Assembly: GCF_963921235.1 (NCBI RefSeq)
Contig: NC_086098.1
Location: 4,526,001-4,590,000, forward strand
DNA: 64,000 nucleotides
Direction of reading: 5' to 3'
DNA from: Mobula hypostoma
Taxonomy: Eukaryota
The stretch's first letter is position 1. Each line of letters opens with the position of its first letter. The notes under the pieces were generated by a model. The model did no database searches. It saw nothing but the letters and a program-made list of their open reading frames with translations, and was not told where the DNA came from. The position numbers and the translations under genes were made by a program. Below, piece by piece: positions 36,643 to 49,988 of this stretch.

Positions 36643-36813
36643 GGTTTCTGAAGGTTGTTATAGGCAGGCATGGTAATGGGGATGAGCTCCCACTATCTAC
36701 TGAATACTCCCATTGTGTGCACCTCAAGTAGCCTCTGACAACCAAGTCCAGCTCCTGACTTTCACGTGTGGCTTAGCTACTAGGTGCGGCAGAACCGTTT
36801 CTACTGACAGGAG
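36643..36813 (+). ncRNA. HDV-like ribozyme (family B), decayed copy at the head of an RTE-type element (36643-~36925)
   Basis: P1 GGUUUC/AGAACC, P2 CUCCUG/CAGGAG, L3 UUCACG, J4/2 CUGA, inserted hairpin GGCUUAG-CUA-CUAGGU. Confidence 0.65.
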
Positions 36814-36921
36814 AAGGGCAAAAGTCAGAATTACTGGTGCCTTAAAACCAATCACTTTGGGCAGATGGTGCTTGTCAGCCATGATTGACAGTGTATCTAG
36901 GAGAAGGAAAAATCTGATCTC

Positions 36922-37167
36922 AAACTTCTACTTCTACTTACACTCAACACACTCGACAACTTCATGCCAAAGAAACAGCTTTATCTCCAACGTCAAAACC
37001 AATATGTATATACAGAGGCTTTCACAACCTGTACAGCATGGCAGGAACACTATATACAAGCACACCAGAAGTAAAAGAATGGAAGTAAAACACCCTCCCA
37101 CCCTATTATCCTAATTAGTATTAACTTACTTTTAATAATCCTCACATTACAACATTTCTCCCCCTTT
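36922..37167 (-). mobile_element. Gypsy 3' LTR with polypurine tract
   Basis: Minus strand: PPT aaagggggagaaa (37155-37167) then TGTTGTAATGTGAG..; similar to the LTR at 42218-42450; distal end lost. Confidence 0.8.
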
Positions 37168-37210
37168 AAAATCCAATATTCCCCAAACGTAAAAACTAGG
37201 AAATAAAAAT

Positions 37211-38706
37211 CGTAAATCCATGCTGACTCGGACCGATCCTGTTACTGCTATCCAGATGTGCCATAATTTTATCTTTTATAATTGACTCCAGCATCTTTCC
37301 CACCACCGACGTCGGGCTAACCGGTCTATAATTCCATTTCCTCTCTTCCTTCCTTCTTGAAGAGAGCAACAACATTAGCCAGGATAGGTCCGAGTCAGCA
37401 TGGATTTATGAAGGGGAAATCGTGCTTGACTAATCTTCTGGAATTTTTTGAGGATGTAACTATGAAAATGGACAAGGGAGAGCCAGTGGATGTAGTGTAC
37501 CTGGACTTTCAGAAAACCTTTGATAAAGTCCCACATAAGAGATTAATGGGCAAAATTAGGGCACATGGTATTGGGGCAGAGTACTGACATGGATTGAAAA
37601 TTGGCTGGCTGACAGAAAACAAAGAGTAGCGATTAACGGGTCCCTTTCGGAATGGCAGGCGGCGACCAGTGGGGTACCGCAGGGTTCAGTGCTGGGACCG
37701 CAGCTGTTTACAATATATATTAATGATTTAGATGAGGGAATTAAAAATAACATTAGCAAATTTGCCGATGACACAAAGCTGGGTGGCAGTGTGAAATGTG
37801 AAGAGGATGTTATGAGAATGCAGGGTGACTTGGACAGGCTGGGTGAGTGGGCAGATGCATGGCAGATGCAGTTTAATGTGGGTAAATGTGAGGTTATCCA
37901 CTTTGGTGGTAAGAACAGGAAGGCAGATTATTATCTAAATAGAGTCAAGATAGGAAAAGGGGAAGCACAATGAGATCCAGGTGTTCTTGAACATCAGTCA
38001 CTGAAAGCATGCATGCAAGTACAGCAGGCAGTGAAGAAAGCTAATGGCATGCTGGCCTTCATAACAAGGGAAATTGAGTATAAGAACAGAGAGGTCCTTC
38101 TGCAGCTGTACAGGGCCCTGGTGAGACCACACCTGGAGTACTGTGTGCAGTTTTGGTCTCCAAATTTGAAGAAGGACATTCTTGTTATTGAGGGAGTGCA
38201 GCGTAGGTTCACAAGGTTACTTCCCGGGATGGCGGGACTGTCATATGTTGAAAGATTGGAGCGACTGGGCTTGTATACTCTGGAATTTAGAAGGCTGAGA
38301 GGAGATCTTATTGAAACATATAAGGTTATTAAGGGATTGGACACGCTGGAGGCAGGAAGCATGTTCCTGCTGATGGGTGAGTCCAGAACCAGAGGCCACA
38401 GTTTAAGAATAAGGGGTAGGCCATTTAGAACGGAGTTGAGGAAAAACTTTTTCACCCAGAGAGTGGTAGATATATGGAATGCTCTGCCCCAGAAGGCTGT
38501 GGAGGCCAAGTCTGTGGAGGCCAAGTCTCTGGATGCCTTCAAGAAAGAGATGGATAGAGCTCTTAAAGATAGTGGAATCAAAGGTTATGGAGATAAGGCA
38601 GGAACTGGATACTGATTGTGGATGATCAGCCATGATCACAGTGAACGGCGGTGCTGGCTCGAAGGGCCAAATGGCCTACTCCTGCACCTATTGTCTATTG
38701 TCTATT
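37211..38706 (+). mobile_element. CR1 LINE (third family) with inverted 5' segment
   Basis: 37211-37380 is the reverse complement of the RT region just upstream of the sense part 37381-38706; tail (ttgtcta)n. Confidence 0.9.
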
Positions 38707-38709
38707 GAA

Positions 38710-41700
38710 AAGGGAAGAGGTCCTGAAGAGAGATTTCCAGGAGTTAGGAAGGAAGCAGAGAAGCAGGACCTCTAGGGTAGTAATCTCGGGATTGCTACCT
38801 GTGCCACGTGCTAGCGAGGGCAAGAATAGTAGGATCAGGCAGATGAATGCGTGGCTGAGAGACTAGTGCAGGGGGCAGGGCTTCAGATTCTTGAATCAGT
38901 GGAATCTCTTCTGGGGGAAGTATGACCTGTTCAAAAAGGACAGGTTACACCTGAACCCGAAGGGGGCCAATATCCTGGCGGGAAGGTTTAATAGAGCTGT
39001 TAGAGAGGGTTTAAACTAATTTGGCAGGGGGATGGGAACCGGAATGATAGAGCGGAGGAAGGGGAAAACAGAAATAAATCTAAGATAGTGAACAGTAAAG
39101 ATGTCAGGAAAGACAGGCAGGTGATGGGGCAAATTTGTAGCCATTGGAATGAGTTGCAGTGCAATAAAGTTGCAGTGAAATCAAAGCGAAAATTACAAAA
39201 TACTGGTCTTAAGGTGTTATACTTAAATGCACGCAGCATAAGGAATAAGGCGGATGATCTTGTTGTACAGCTACAGATTGGCAGGTATGATATTGTGGCC
39301 ATCACTGAGACCTGGCTAAAGGATGCATGTCTCTGGGAGCTGAACATCCAAGGATACACGGTGTATCGGAAGGATAGGAAGGTAGGCAAAGGGGGAGGCG
39401 TGGCTTTATTGGTAAGAAATGATATTAAATCATTAGAAAGAGGTGATATAGGATCAGAAGGTGCAGAATCTTTATGGGTTGAGCTAAGAAATAGCAGGGG
39501 TAAAAGGACCCTGATGGCAGTTATACACAGGCCTCCAAACAGCTGCAGGGATTACAACTGGAAATAGAAAAGGCTTGTCAGAAGGGCAGTGTTATGATAA
39601 CTGTGGGGGATTTTAACATGCGAGTGGATTGGGAAAATCAGGTCGGCACTGGATCTCAAGAGAGTGAATTTGTAGAATGTCTGCGAGATGACTTTTTAGA
39701 ACAGCTTGTTGTTGAGCCCACTAGGGGATCGGCTGTACTGGATTGGGTATTGTGTAATGAACCGGAGGTGATTGGAGAGATTGAGGTGAAGGAACCCTTA
39801 GGAGGCAGTGATCATAACATGATTGAGTTCACTGTGAAATTTGAAAAAGAGAAGCCAAAATCTGATGTGTCGGTATTTCAGTGGAGTAAAGAAAATTAGT
39901 GACATGAGAGAGGAACTGGCCAAAGTTGACTGGAAAGGGACACTAGCAGGAAGGACGGCAGAGCAGCAATGGCTGGAGTTTATGCGAGAAATGAGGAATG
40001 TGCAAGACAGATACATTCCAAATAAGAAGAAATTTTCGAATGGAAAATGGATGCAACCGTGGCTGACAAGAGAAGTCAAAGCCAAAGTTAAAGCAAAGGA
40101 GAGGGCATACAAGGAAGCAAAAATTAGTGGGAAGACAGAGGATTGGGAAGTTTTTAAAAGCTTACAAAAGGAAACTAAGAAGGTCATTAAGAGGGAAAAG
40201 ATGAACTATGAAAGGAAGCTAGCAAATAATATCAAAGAGGATACTAAAAACTTTTTCAAGTGTATAAAGAGTAAAAGACAGGTGAGAGTAGATATAGAAC
40301 TGATAGAAAATGATGCTGGAGAAATTGTAATGAGAGATAAGGAGATGGTGGAGGAACTGAACTAGTATTTTGCATCAGTCTTCACTGAGGAAGACATCAG
40401 CAGTATACCGGACACTCAAGGGTGGCAGGGAAGAGAAGTGTGCGCAGTCACAATTATGACAGAGAAGTACTCAGGAAGCTGAATAGTCTAAGGGTAGATA
40501 GATCTCCTGGACCAGATGGAATGCACCCTCGTGTTCTGAAGGAAGTAGCTGTGGAGATTGCAGAGGCATTAGCGATGATCTCTTAAAAGTCAATAGATTC
40601 TGGCATGGATCCGGAGGACTGGAAGACTGAGAATTTCACTCCGCTATTTAAGAAGGGAGCAGACATCAGTGGTTGGGAAGTTGTTGGAGTTGATTGTCAA
40701 GGATGAGGTTACGGAGTACCTGGAGGCATATGACAAGATATGCAGAACTCAGCATGGTTTCCTCAAAGAAAATTCCTGCCTGGCAAACCTATTACAATTT
40801 TTTGAAGAAATTACAAGTAGGTTAGACAAGGGAGATGCAGTGGATGTTGTATATTTGGATTTTCAGAAGGCCTTTGACAAGGTGCCACACATGAGGCTGC
40901 TTAACAAGATAAGAGCCCATGGAATTACAGGAAAGTTACATACGTGGATAGGGCATTGGCTGATTGGCAGGAAACAGAGAGTGGGAATAAAGGGATCCTA
41001 TTGTGGTTGGCTGCCGGTTACCAGTGGTTTTCCACAGGGGTCCGTGTTGGGGCCGCCTCTTTTTACGTTGTACATCAACGATTTGGATTATGGAATAGAT
41101 GGCTTTGTGGCTAAGTTTGCTGATCATATAAAGATAGGTGGAGGGGCCGGTAGTGCTGAGGAAACAGAGAGTCTGCAGAGAGACTTGGATAGTTTGGAAG
41201 AATGGGCAAAGAAGTGGCAAATGAAATACAGTGTTGGAAAGTGTATGTTATGCACTTTAGCAGAAGAAATAAATGGGCAGACTATTACTTAAATTGGGAG
41301 AGAAGATTCACTAGAATGATTTCGGGAATGAGAGGGTTAAGATATGAGGAACGTTTGTCCGCTCTTGGACTGAATTCCTTGGAGTTTAGAAGAATGACGG
41401 GGGACCTCAGAAATATTTTGAATGGTGAAAGGCATGGACAGAGTGGCAAATTGGTTTCCCATGATGGGGGAGTCTAGTACGAGAGGGCATGACTTAAGGA
41501 TTGAAGGGCGCCCATTCAGAACAGAGATGCAAAGACATTTTTTTAGTCAGAGGGTGGTAAATCTATGGAAATTGTTGCCACGGGTGGCAGTGGAGACCAA
41601 GTCATTGGGTGTATTTAAGGCAGAGATTGATAGGTATCTGAGTAGCCAGGGCATCAAAGGTTATGGTGAGAAGACGGGGGAGTGGGTCTAAATCAGAGAA

Positions 41701-41780
41701 TGGATCAGCTCATGATAAAATGGTGGAGTAGACTCGATGGGCCGAATGACCGACTTCTGCTCCTTTGTCTTATGGTCTTG
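38710..41780 (+). mobile_element. CR1 LINE, truncated within ORF1, internally deleted
   Basis: Near-identical to 10370-13737; multiple stops and deletions. Confidence 0.95.
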
Positions 41781-42127
41781 TGGACAACTGCTGAAGCTCG
41801 GCCACAAAATTGGCCACAGACTGACCTGGCTTCCTGAAACGGCTGTGAGACTTACACCGTTGGACTTTTCACAGAAGGTTTCAGATTGTAGTGGTTCCCC
41901 ACGAGCTTGACTAGTTCCTCATATGGAATGTCTCCCGGTTTCTGCGGTGTGGCTAAATTTCTTATTAGCTTGTAAGTCTTTGCCCCACACGCACTCAGGA
42001 GAATAGAGCGCTTCTTAGCCTCCTCAGTAATTCCATTAGCACAGAAAAAGTGTCCCAACCTTTTCTCATACTCCAGCCAGTCCTCCGTCACGTCCACAAA
42101 ATCAACGATAGTTCCAAACGTAGCCAT
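41781..42127 (-). pseudogene. Gypsy (Mag/K02A2.6-like) gag fragment
   Basis: EDWLEYEKRLGHFFCANGI..KKRSILLSACGAKTYKLIRNL..P; continues after a frameshift as RKPGQSVANFVAELQQLS. Confidence 0.85.
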
Positions 42128-42199
42128 CCGAACATAAGGCCCCTTATCAGCACTGCTACTCTCGCTCGAAAAGTGCCGTCACATCTACAAAACCAGTTC

Positions 42200-42450
42200 A
42201 CCTTGTCGCCAAAAATATGTGGTAACTTCTACTTTGAAAAAGGCACACTTGACAACTTCATGCCCAAAGATACAACTTTATCTTGAACTTCAAAACCGAT
42301 ATGTATACACAGAGGCTTTTACAACCCGTACGGCATGGCAGGAACACTATATACAAAGCACACCAGAAGTAAAAAGAACAGAAGTGAAACCACCCCCTCC
42401 ATTATCCTAATTAGTATTAACATACTTTGAATAATGCTCACATTACAACA
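42200..42450 (-). mobile_element. Gypsy 5' LTR (42218-42450) and primer-binding site
   Basis: TG...CA termini; minus strand ttttTGGCGACAAGG follows the LTR, then gag. Confidence 0.85.
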
Positions 42451-43061
42451 GTAGCGGCAAGTACATTGGAAGCTTTTAAGAGATATTGGATAGGCACATG
42501 GATGTGAGGAGGATAGAGGGATATGGACATGGTGTAAGCAGGAGGGATTTCTGCTTGGGTGTTTTTGATTTGCTTTTTAGCTGGTTCAGCACAACATTGT
42601 GGGCCGAATGGCCCGTTCCCAGGCTGTACTGTTCTCCGTTCTATGTTTTATGTTCTATATTTTCTGTCCATTAATCAACCTAACCCTATGCCAATGTATT
42701 ACCTAATGAGCAGATCTTTAGAAAAATCAAACATCGTCTTGGTGGTAGAAGCAGATAGATTAGAGACTTTTAGGAGGCAGATAGGCACATGAATGTGAAG
42801 AAAATGGACATTGCATAGGCAGAAGGGGTTAGTTTAATTGGCTGTTTGATTGCTAATTTTAATTGGTTCAGCATAGCAGGGTCAAAGGGCCTGTTCCTTT
42901 GCTGTACTATTAGATGGTTCCAGACAATTCATGAAACTACTTCTTTCACTTTTTTTTTCTTTCAAATGTGGTTGTGCTTCTGTTGGAACCTGTAACTTAC
43001 ATTTTGGTGGTGTGTTCGAATGAATTTTGTGATTTTAGGACCCCGATCCATTTGTCAATGC

Positions 43062-43156
43062 CAGTAATGTATCTCAGTGTGGGGATAGACCCGGGTGTGT
43101 TATATAACAGTAATGTATCTCAGTGTGGGGATAGACCCTGGTGTGTTATATAACAG
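43062..43156. repeat. 46-bp tandem duplication
   Basis: agtaatgtatctcagtgtggggatagaccc(g/t)ggtgtgttatataac twice. Confidence 0.95.
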
Positions 43157-43159
43157 CCT

Positions 43160-44900
43160 ATCTGGGGGTTTTCTGACTCTCTGAGACCTCATTATCTCAT
43201 CTTCAGCTTCTTGAGTTTCAACCACTCCTTCTGACACTTTTAGTCTACCAGAGGATGCCTCCCCTGTCTAGGACTCACACCTTCTGGCACCTCAGGAACC
43301 CCACTCCGTGACTGAACTCAGCTTGCTTCAGCTTAAGCAGGTGCTGTTGAACATCTTCAACCTCTGCTGGTGCTAACTAGTGAGACCCCTCTTGGAAATG
43401 GGTATCCTCAGTCACTCTGATAGTGTGGCGCGTACATTTGGAGCAAACAACATTAGGCTTGCCAGTAGAAATGGCACCTTTGGGTTCCAACATCTTTGCA
43501 GTTAATCTCCTTTTCCATTTCTCAGGCATTGGTGAGTCACCCAAGATGCATGACTTCAATGTTGACTTCTTCAATCCAGGAGACTCTTTCTCTTCCACTT
43601 CTCTTGAAAAAACAGACACTACTGTCACAGAAAGAAGAGGGACAATTGACACCCCATGTCTGAGGGTAACATTTCTTTCTGAAGTGTTCCTGCTAATCAC
43701 TGTCATCACATTTGTGTAGACAACCGAAGATTTCTACAGTTCAGCTTTCACCAGCACTCCTGCAGATAAGTGTGACTTTTCTTACAGGCTATTAGGGCTT
43801 TGGGCATTCTGGCAGATTTGGGGGTTACTCTTCCAGGACATAATATAACTGTGTGTGACCGGGTGCACCACACAGTCCCACATTTCTGCTCATCACCCTG
43901 CCTAAGAGGAACTTGTACCTCCTCAAAATCAGCCCTAAACACCAGGCGAATGGACAAGTTTTCAAAAGGTTCTTTTGTGAGTCATTTGAATATGTAGGGT
44001 AATCACATCATGTGACAGCAACTTGCTCCATTCGCAAGCAGTTTCTCTCAGACAGTTGAATGCCCCCTTTGTGGCACAGACAATGGAGCTGCTTCTCCAA
44101 CCTGAAAATGCAGACAGACAACTTCTTTTCCTCCTCCTGGAATGTGTGCCTAAACTTCATCATCAGACCGGCTGCCCTTTCACCAGTGCCAGAAGCATCT
44201 TCCAGAGTGTACAGGCACATAGCTGACATGGCTGATGGGTTTTCTGCCTTGGGGAACCCCACTATATCGGCCGCCAGGCCCTTTAAGCTCTCTACCAGTC
44301 TCAGTTTTTTCACATTATCTGAACGCTGCCATTCACCCAGTAACTGAGATGCCTGCCCAGCCCAAGCCTCATATTCTTCTTCCCCATTGGGTGTGAGCTT
44401 GACTTTAGAGAACACACCCAGCCAGCGATAGCTTTGTCTGTCCACAGATACAAGTATGTGTTTAACAGCCAATGATATAATCGCCAAAATGAGCTCAGAA
44501 TTTTGAATCAACTGCTGAAGGATGCTTTAGACCTTTCACATCAAACAACTCTTTTCCCTCACTTTGCAGAAATGAGAACAACATCTTCGCCCTCAGCTAC
44601 ATGACCCCCTTCTCTAAAAATATGGACTGCCCATGGCCCCACCTCTCCAGGGTCTTCTGACCTGTCGCACAGTGTGACTTCAGTCACGTCACTGCTAGTC
44701 TGGACTAAAACAACGTCCTTACCAGCCATTGGTCAAAACACTGTTCAATCAGCATAACTTGCCCCAAAACTTTTACAGAACTCAGCACTCTGAATAACAG
44801 CTGATTAGGAATTCAGACATCCATCCTGCTCAAAATACAAGCGTTATTTGTGGATAATCTCTTTGAATCGGACCAAAACTTATTCCCTACAGCATCCATA
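43160..44900 (-). mobile_element. Gypsy remnant with PNMA-like gag and pol fragments
   Basis: 44008-44511: SYRWLGVFS..GEEEYEAW..KKLRLVESLKGLAADIV..FRHTFQEEEKKLS..RLEKQL; 43377-43709: GDSPMPEKWKRRL..HTIRVTEDT; stops and deletions. Confidence 0.8.
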
Positions 44901-45387
44901 ATGAAGTACCTTAGTCACTTTCCTCGACACTAATTTAAACACACAAACCAGTTAATCAATTCTTATTAGCAATTTAAACACAGTGAACCAGCGGACTAGA
45001 GACAATAAGGGAAACGTGTGTAAAGGATTGAGAGACATTGAATGGTTTATTGTATATAATTTTATTTTTGAATAAAGTATATTTCGAAATTAAAAAAAAT
45101 TCTGTGAATTCTCAGACAAAAGCCCCACAGTTGTAACCTCACCTCCTCCAGCAGGCTTGTATGCAAACGTGGCTCATAAAACAACTCTTCGAACAGCCCC
45201 ATGGCCCAGCAGCCAGAAGGCCACCTTTCATAAACAATATATGTCTACGGTCAGGATGATTTGGGGTTCAACGTGATGTTCCGATTAAAGAAACCTCGAT
45301 TTGAGTGAATACTGTATAAATACTGCCCATCCACAGTGGTCAGTCAGCAAGAAATAACAGATTGTATATCACATAAGATCATAAATA

Positions 45388-45419
<32 letters not shown>

Positions 45420-46225
45420 GCTTTTTGTAATTGTTCTTTTTTTCAGTTTTATATCTTTTTGATGCCACTTATTGCAATATTGTGGAGGTATGGTCTTGTG
45501 TACACCATCAAGTTCAGGAACAGTTATTACACTTCAACCATCAGGCTCCTGAACCAGAGGCGATAACTTCATTCAAATTCACTTGCCCCATCACTGAGCT
45601 GTTCCCTCAACCTATGGACTCACTTCTAAAGACCCTACAACTCATGTTCTCAATAATTATTGTTTATTTGTTTACTTATTATTATTGTTTTTCTTTCCTT
45701 TTGGTGTTTTCACACTCTGTTGTCCTTTGCACATTGGTTGTTTGTCCGTCTCTCTCAGATGGAGATTTTCATTGATTCTATGCCCACAAGAAAAAGAATC
45801 TCAGGCAGTATATCGTGACATATCAAGGTTCAAAGTTCAAGGTACATTTATTATTGAAGTATGTATATGATATACAACCTTGAGATTCGTCTCCTTACAG
45901 GTAGCCACAAAACAAAAAATGTGAGCCCATTGTCGTTTGTCATCTATATCAGTGATCTGGATGATAATGTGATTAACTGGATTAACAAACTTGCAGATGG
46001 TCCCAAGATTGTGGGTGTAGTGGACAGCGAGGAAGACGATCAGAGCTGCAGCAGGATCTGGACCAGCTGGGAAAAGGGCTGAAAAATGCCAGATAGAATT
46101 TATTGCCAACAAATGCAAAGCTTTGCACTTGGAAGGATCAACCAGGGTAGGTCTTACACAGTGAACGGTAGGGCACTGAAGAGTGTGGTAGAATAAAGGG
46201 ATCTGGTAATGTAGATCTATAATTC

Positions 46226-46980
46226 CATAAGACCCTAAGACATAGGAGCAGAATTAGGCCACTTGGCCCATCAATTCTGCTCCTCCATTCAATCATGGCT
46301 GATCCTTTTTTTCTCCTCCTCATCCCAGTTCCCAGCCTTCTCCCTGTAACCTTTGATGCCATGTCCAATCAAGAACCTATCAATCTCTGCCTTAAATGTA
46401 CCCAATGACATGGCCTCCACAGCTGCTTGTGGCAACAAATAATTCCAAAAATTCACCACTCTTTGGCTAAAGAAATTTCTCTGCATCTCTGTTTTGAAAG
46501 GGTGCCCCTCTATCCTGAGGCTGTGTCCTCTTGTCCTAGACTCCCCCACCATGGGAAACATCCTTTCCACATCTATTCTGTCCAGATCTTTCAACATTCG
46601 AAGGGTTTCAGTGAGATCCCCCCAAATCCATTTGAATTCCAGTGAGTACAGACCCAAAGCCATCAAATGTTCCTCGTACCATAACCCTTTCATTCCTAGA
46701 ATCATCTTTGTGAACCTCCTCTGGATCCTCTCCAACGCCAACACATTTTTTCTAAGATGAGGGGCTCAAAACTGTTCACAATACTCAACGTGAGGCTTCA
46801 CCAGTGTCTTATAAAACCTCAGCATTACATCCTTGTTCTTGTATTCTAGACCTCTTGAAATGAATGCTAACATGACGTTTGCCTTCCTCACCACCTACTT
46901 GACCTGCAAGTTAACCTTTAAGATGTTCAGCACAAGGACTCCCAAGTCCCCTTGTATCTCACATTTTTGGATTTTCTCCC
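46226..46980 (-). mobile_element. CR1 3' fragment, nested
   Basis: ORF 46289-46744 LERIQRRFTKMI..SRTRGHSLRI. Confidence 0.9.
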
Positions 46981-47536
46981 CAAAGTTCATTGAAAGTGGT
47001 CATGGGTTGATAGGTTCATAAAGAAAACTTTAGGCCCATTGCCTTCATAAGTCAATGTACTGAGTAAGGGAAATGGGATGTAATGCTAAAGTTGTATAAG
47101 ACATTAGTGAGGCCTAATTTGGAGTGTTGCATGTAGTTTTGGTCACCTATCTACAGGAAAGATGTAAACAAGGTTGAAAGAATGCAAAGAAAATTTACAA
47201 GAATGCTGTTGGGTTTGGAGGACCTGAGTTATAAGGGAAGATTGAATAGGTAAGGACTTCATTACTTGGAATGTAGAAGATTGAGAGGAAATTTGATAGA
47301 GGTATACAAATTTGTGAGGGGTAGAGATAGGGTAAATGCAAGGAGACATTTTCACTTAGGTTGGGTGGGACTACAACTAGAGATCATAGGTTAAGAGTGA
47401 AAGATAAAAAGTTTAAGGGGAACATGAGGGGAAACTTCTTCATTCATAGGGTCGTGAGTGTGTTGAACGAGCTGCCAGTGGAAGTGCTCTATGCAAGCTG
47501 GATTTCAAAGTTTAAGAGAACTTTGGATAGGTATAT

Positions 47537-49983
47537 CAGGTCGGCACTGGATCTCAAGAGAGAGAATTTGTAGAATGTCTGCGAGATGGCTTTTTAGAAC
47601 AGCTTGTTGTTGAGCCCACTTGGGGATCGGCTGTACTGGATTGGGTATTGTGTAATGAACCGGAGGTGATTGGAGAGATTGAGGTGAAGGAACCTTTAGG
47701 AGGCAGTGATCATAACATGATTGAGTTCACTGTGAAATTTGAAAAAGAGAAGCCGAAATCTGATGTGTCGGTATTTCAGTGGAGTAAAGGAAATTACAGT
47801 GGCATGAGAGAGGAACTGGCCAAAGTTAACTGGAAAGAGACACTGGCAGGAAAGACGGCAGAGCAGCTGTGGCTGGAGTTTATGCGAGAAGTGAGGAATG
47901 TGCAAGACAGGTATATTCCAAACAAGAAGAAATTTTCGAGTGGAAAAAGGATGCAACCGTGGTTGACAAGAGAAGTCAAAGCCAAAGTTAAAGCAAAGGA
48001 GAGGGCATACAAGGAAGCAAAAATTAGTGGGAAGACAGAGGATTGGGAAGTTTTTAGAAGCTTACAAAAGGAAACCAAGAAGGTCATTAAGAGAGAAAAG
48101 ATTAACTATGAAAGGGAACTAGCAATTAATATCAAAGAGGATACTAAAAGCTTTTTCAAGTATATAAAGAGTAAAAGACAGGTGAGAGTAGATATAGGAC
48201 TGATAGAAAATGATACTGGAGAAATTGTAATGGGAGATGAGGAAATGGCAGAGGAACTGAACAAGTATTTTGCATCAGTCTTCACCGAGGAAGACAGCAG
48301 GATACCGGACACTCAAGGGTGGCAGGGAAGAGAAGTGTGCGCAGTCACAATTACGACAGAGAAAGTACTCAGGAAGCTGAATAGGCTAAAGGTCGATAAA
48401 TCTCCTGGACCAGATGGAATGCACCCTCGTGTTCTGAAGGAAGTAGCTGTGGAGATTGCGGAGGCATTAGCGATAATCTTTCAGAAGTCAATAGTTTCTG
48501 GCATGGTTCCAGAAGACTGGTAGATTGCAAATGTCACTCCGCTATTTAAGAAGGGGGCAAGGAAGCAAAAAGGAAATTATAGACCTGTTAGCTTGACGTC
48601 GGTGGTTGGGAAGTTGTTGGAGTCGATTGTCAAGGAGGAGGTTACAGAGTACCTGGATGCATATGACAAGATAGGCAGAACTCAGCATGGATTCCTTAAA
48701 GGAAAATCCTGCCTGACAAACCTATTACAATTTTTTGAGGAAATTACCAGTAGGCTAGACAAGGGAGATGCAGCGGATGTTGTATATTTAGATTTTCAGA
48801 AGGCCTTTGACAAGGTGCCACACATGAGGCTACTTAACAAGATAAGAGCCCATGGAATTACAGGAAAGTTACATACGTGGATAGAGCATTGGCTGATTGT
48901 CAGGAAACAGAGAGTGGGAATAAAAGGATCCTATTCTGGTTGGCTGCCGGTTACCAGTGGTTTTCCACAAGGATCAGTGTTGGGGCTGCTTCTTTTTACA
49001 TTGTACATCAACGATTTGGATTATGGAATAGATGGCTTTGTGGCTAAGTTTGCTGACGGTACGAAGATAGGTGGAGGGGCCGGTAGTGCTGAGGAAACGG
49101 AGAGTCTGCAGAGAGACTTGGATAGATTGGAAGAATGGGCAGAGAAGTGGCAAATGAAGTACAATGTTGGAAAGTGTATGGTTATGCACTTTGGCAGAAA
49201 AAAATAAATGGGCAGACTATTATTTAAATGGGGAAAGAATTCAAAGTTCTGAGATACAACGGGACTTGGGAGTCCTCATACAGGATTCCCTTAAAGTTAA
49301 CCTCCAGATTGAGTCAGTAGTGAAGAAGCGAATGCAATGTTGGCATTCATTTCTAGAGGAATAGAGTATAGGAGCAGGGATGTGATGTTGAGGCTCTATA
49401 AGGTGCTGGTGAGACCTTACTTGGAGTACTGTGGGCAGTTTTGGTCTCCTTATTTAAGAAAGGATGTGCTGACGTTGGAGAGGGTACAGAGAAGATTCAC
49501 TAGAATGATTCTGGGAATGAGAGGGTTAACATATGAGGAACGTTTGTCCGCTCTTGGACTGTATTCCTTGGAGTTTAGAAGAATGAGGGGGGACCTCATA
49601 GAAACATTTCGAATGTTAAAAGGCATGGACAGAGTGGATGTGGCAAAGTTGTTTCCCATGATGGGGGAGTCTAGTACGAGAGGGCATGACTTCAGGATTG
49701 AAGGGCGCCCTTTCAGAACAGAAATGCGAAAAAATTTTTTTAGTCAGAGGGTGGTGAATCTATGGAATTTGTTGCCACGGGCAGCAGTGGAGGCCAAGTC
49801 ATTGGGTGTATTTAAGGCAGAGATTGATAGGTATCTGAGTAGCCAGGGCATCAAAGGTTATGGTGAGAAGGCGGGACAGTGGGACTAAATAGGATAAAAT
49901 GGATCAGCTCATGATAAAATGGCGGAGCAGACTCGATGGGCCGAATGGCCTATTCTGCTCCTTTGTCTTATGGTCTTATGGTC
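47537..49983 (+). mobile_element. CR1 LINE, 5'-truncated, nested
   Basis: ORF2 pieces 47648-49888; TATAT duplicated at 47532-47536 and 49984-49988. Confidence 0.95.
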
Positions 49984-49988
49984 TATAT

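Noticed and set aside
36752..36820. Twister interpretation of the family-B motif (CUCCU...AGGAG-AAGGG)
   Set aside because: No UAA cleavage loop or P4/L4; the HDV-like fold explains all pairings and the insertion boundary
44008..44511. Domesticated PNMA-like host gene
   Set aside because: Upstream stops, truncation and adjacent pol debris indicate a decayed retrotransposon
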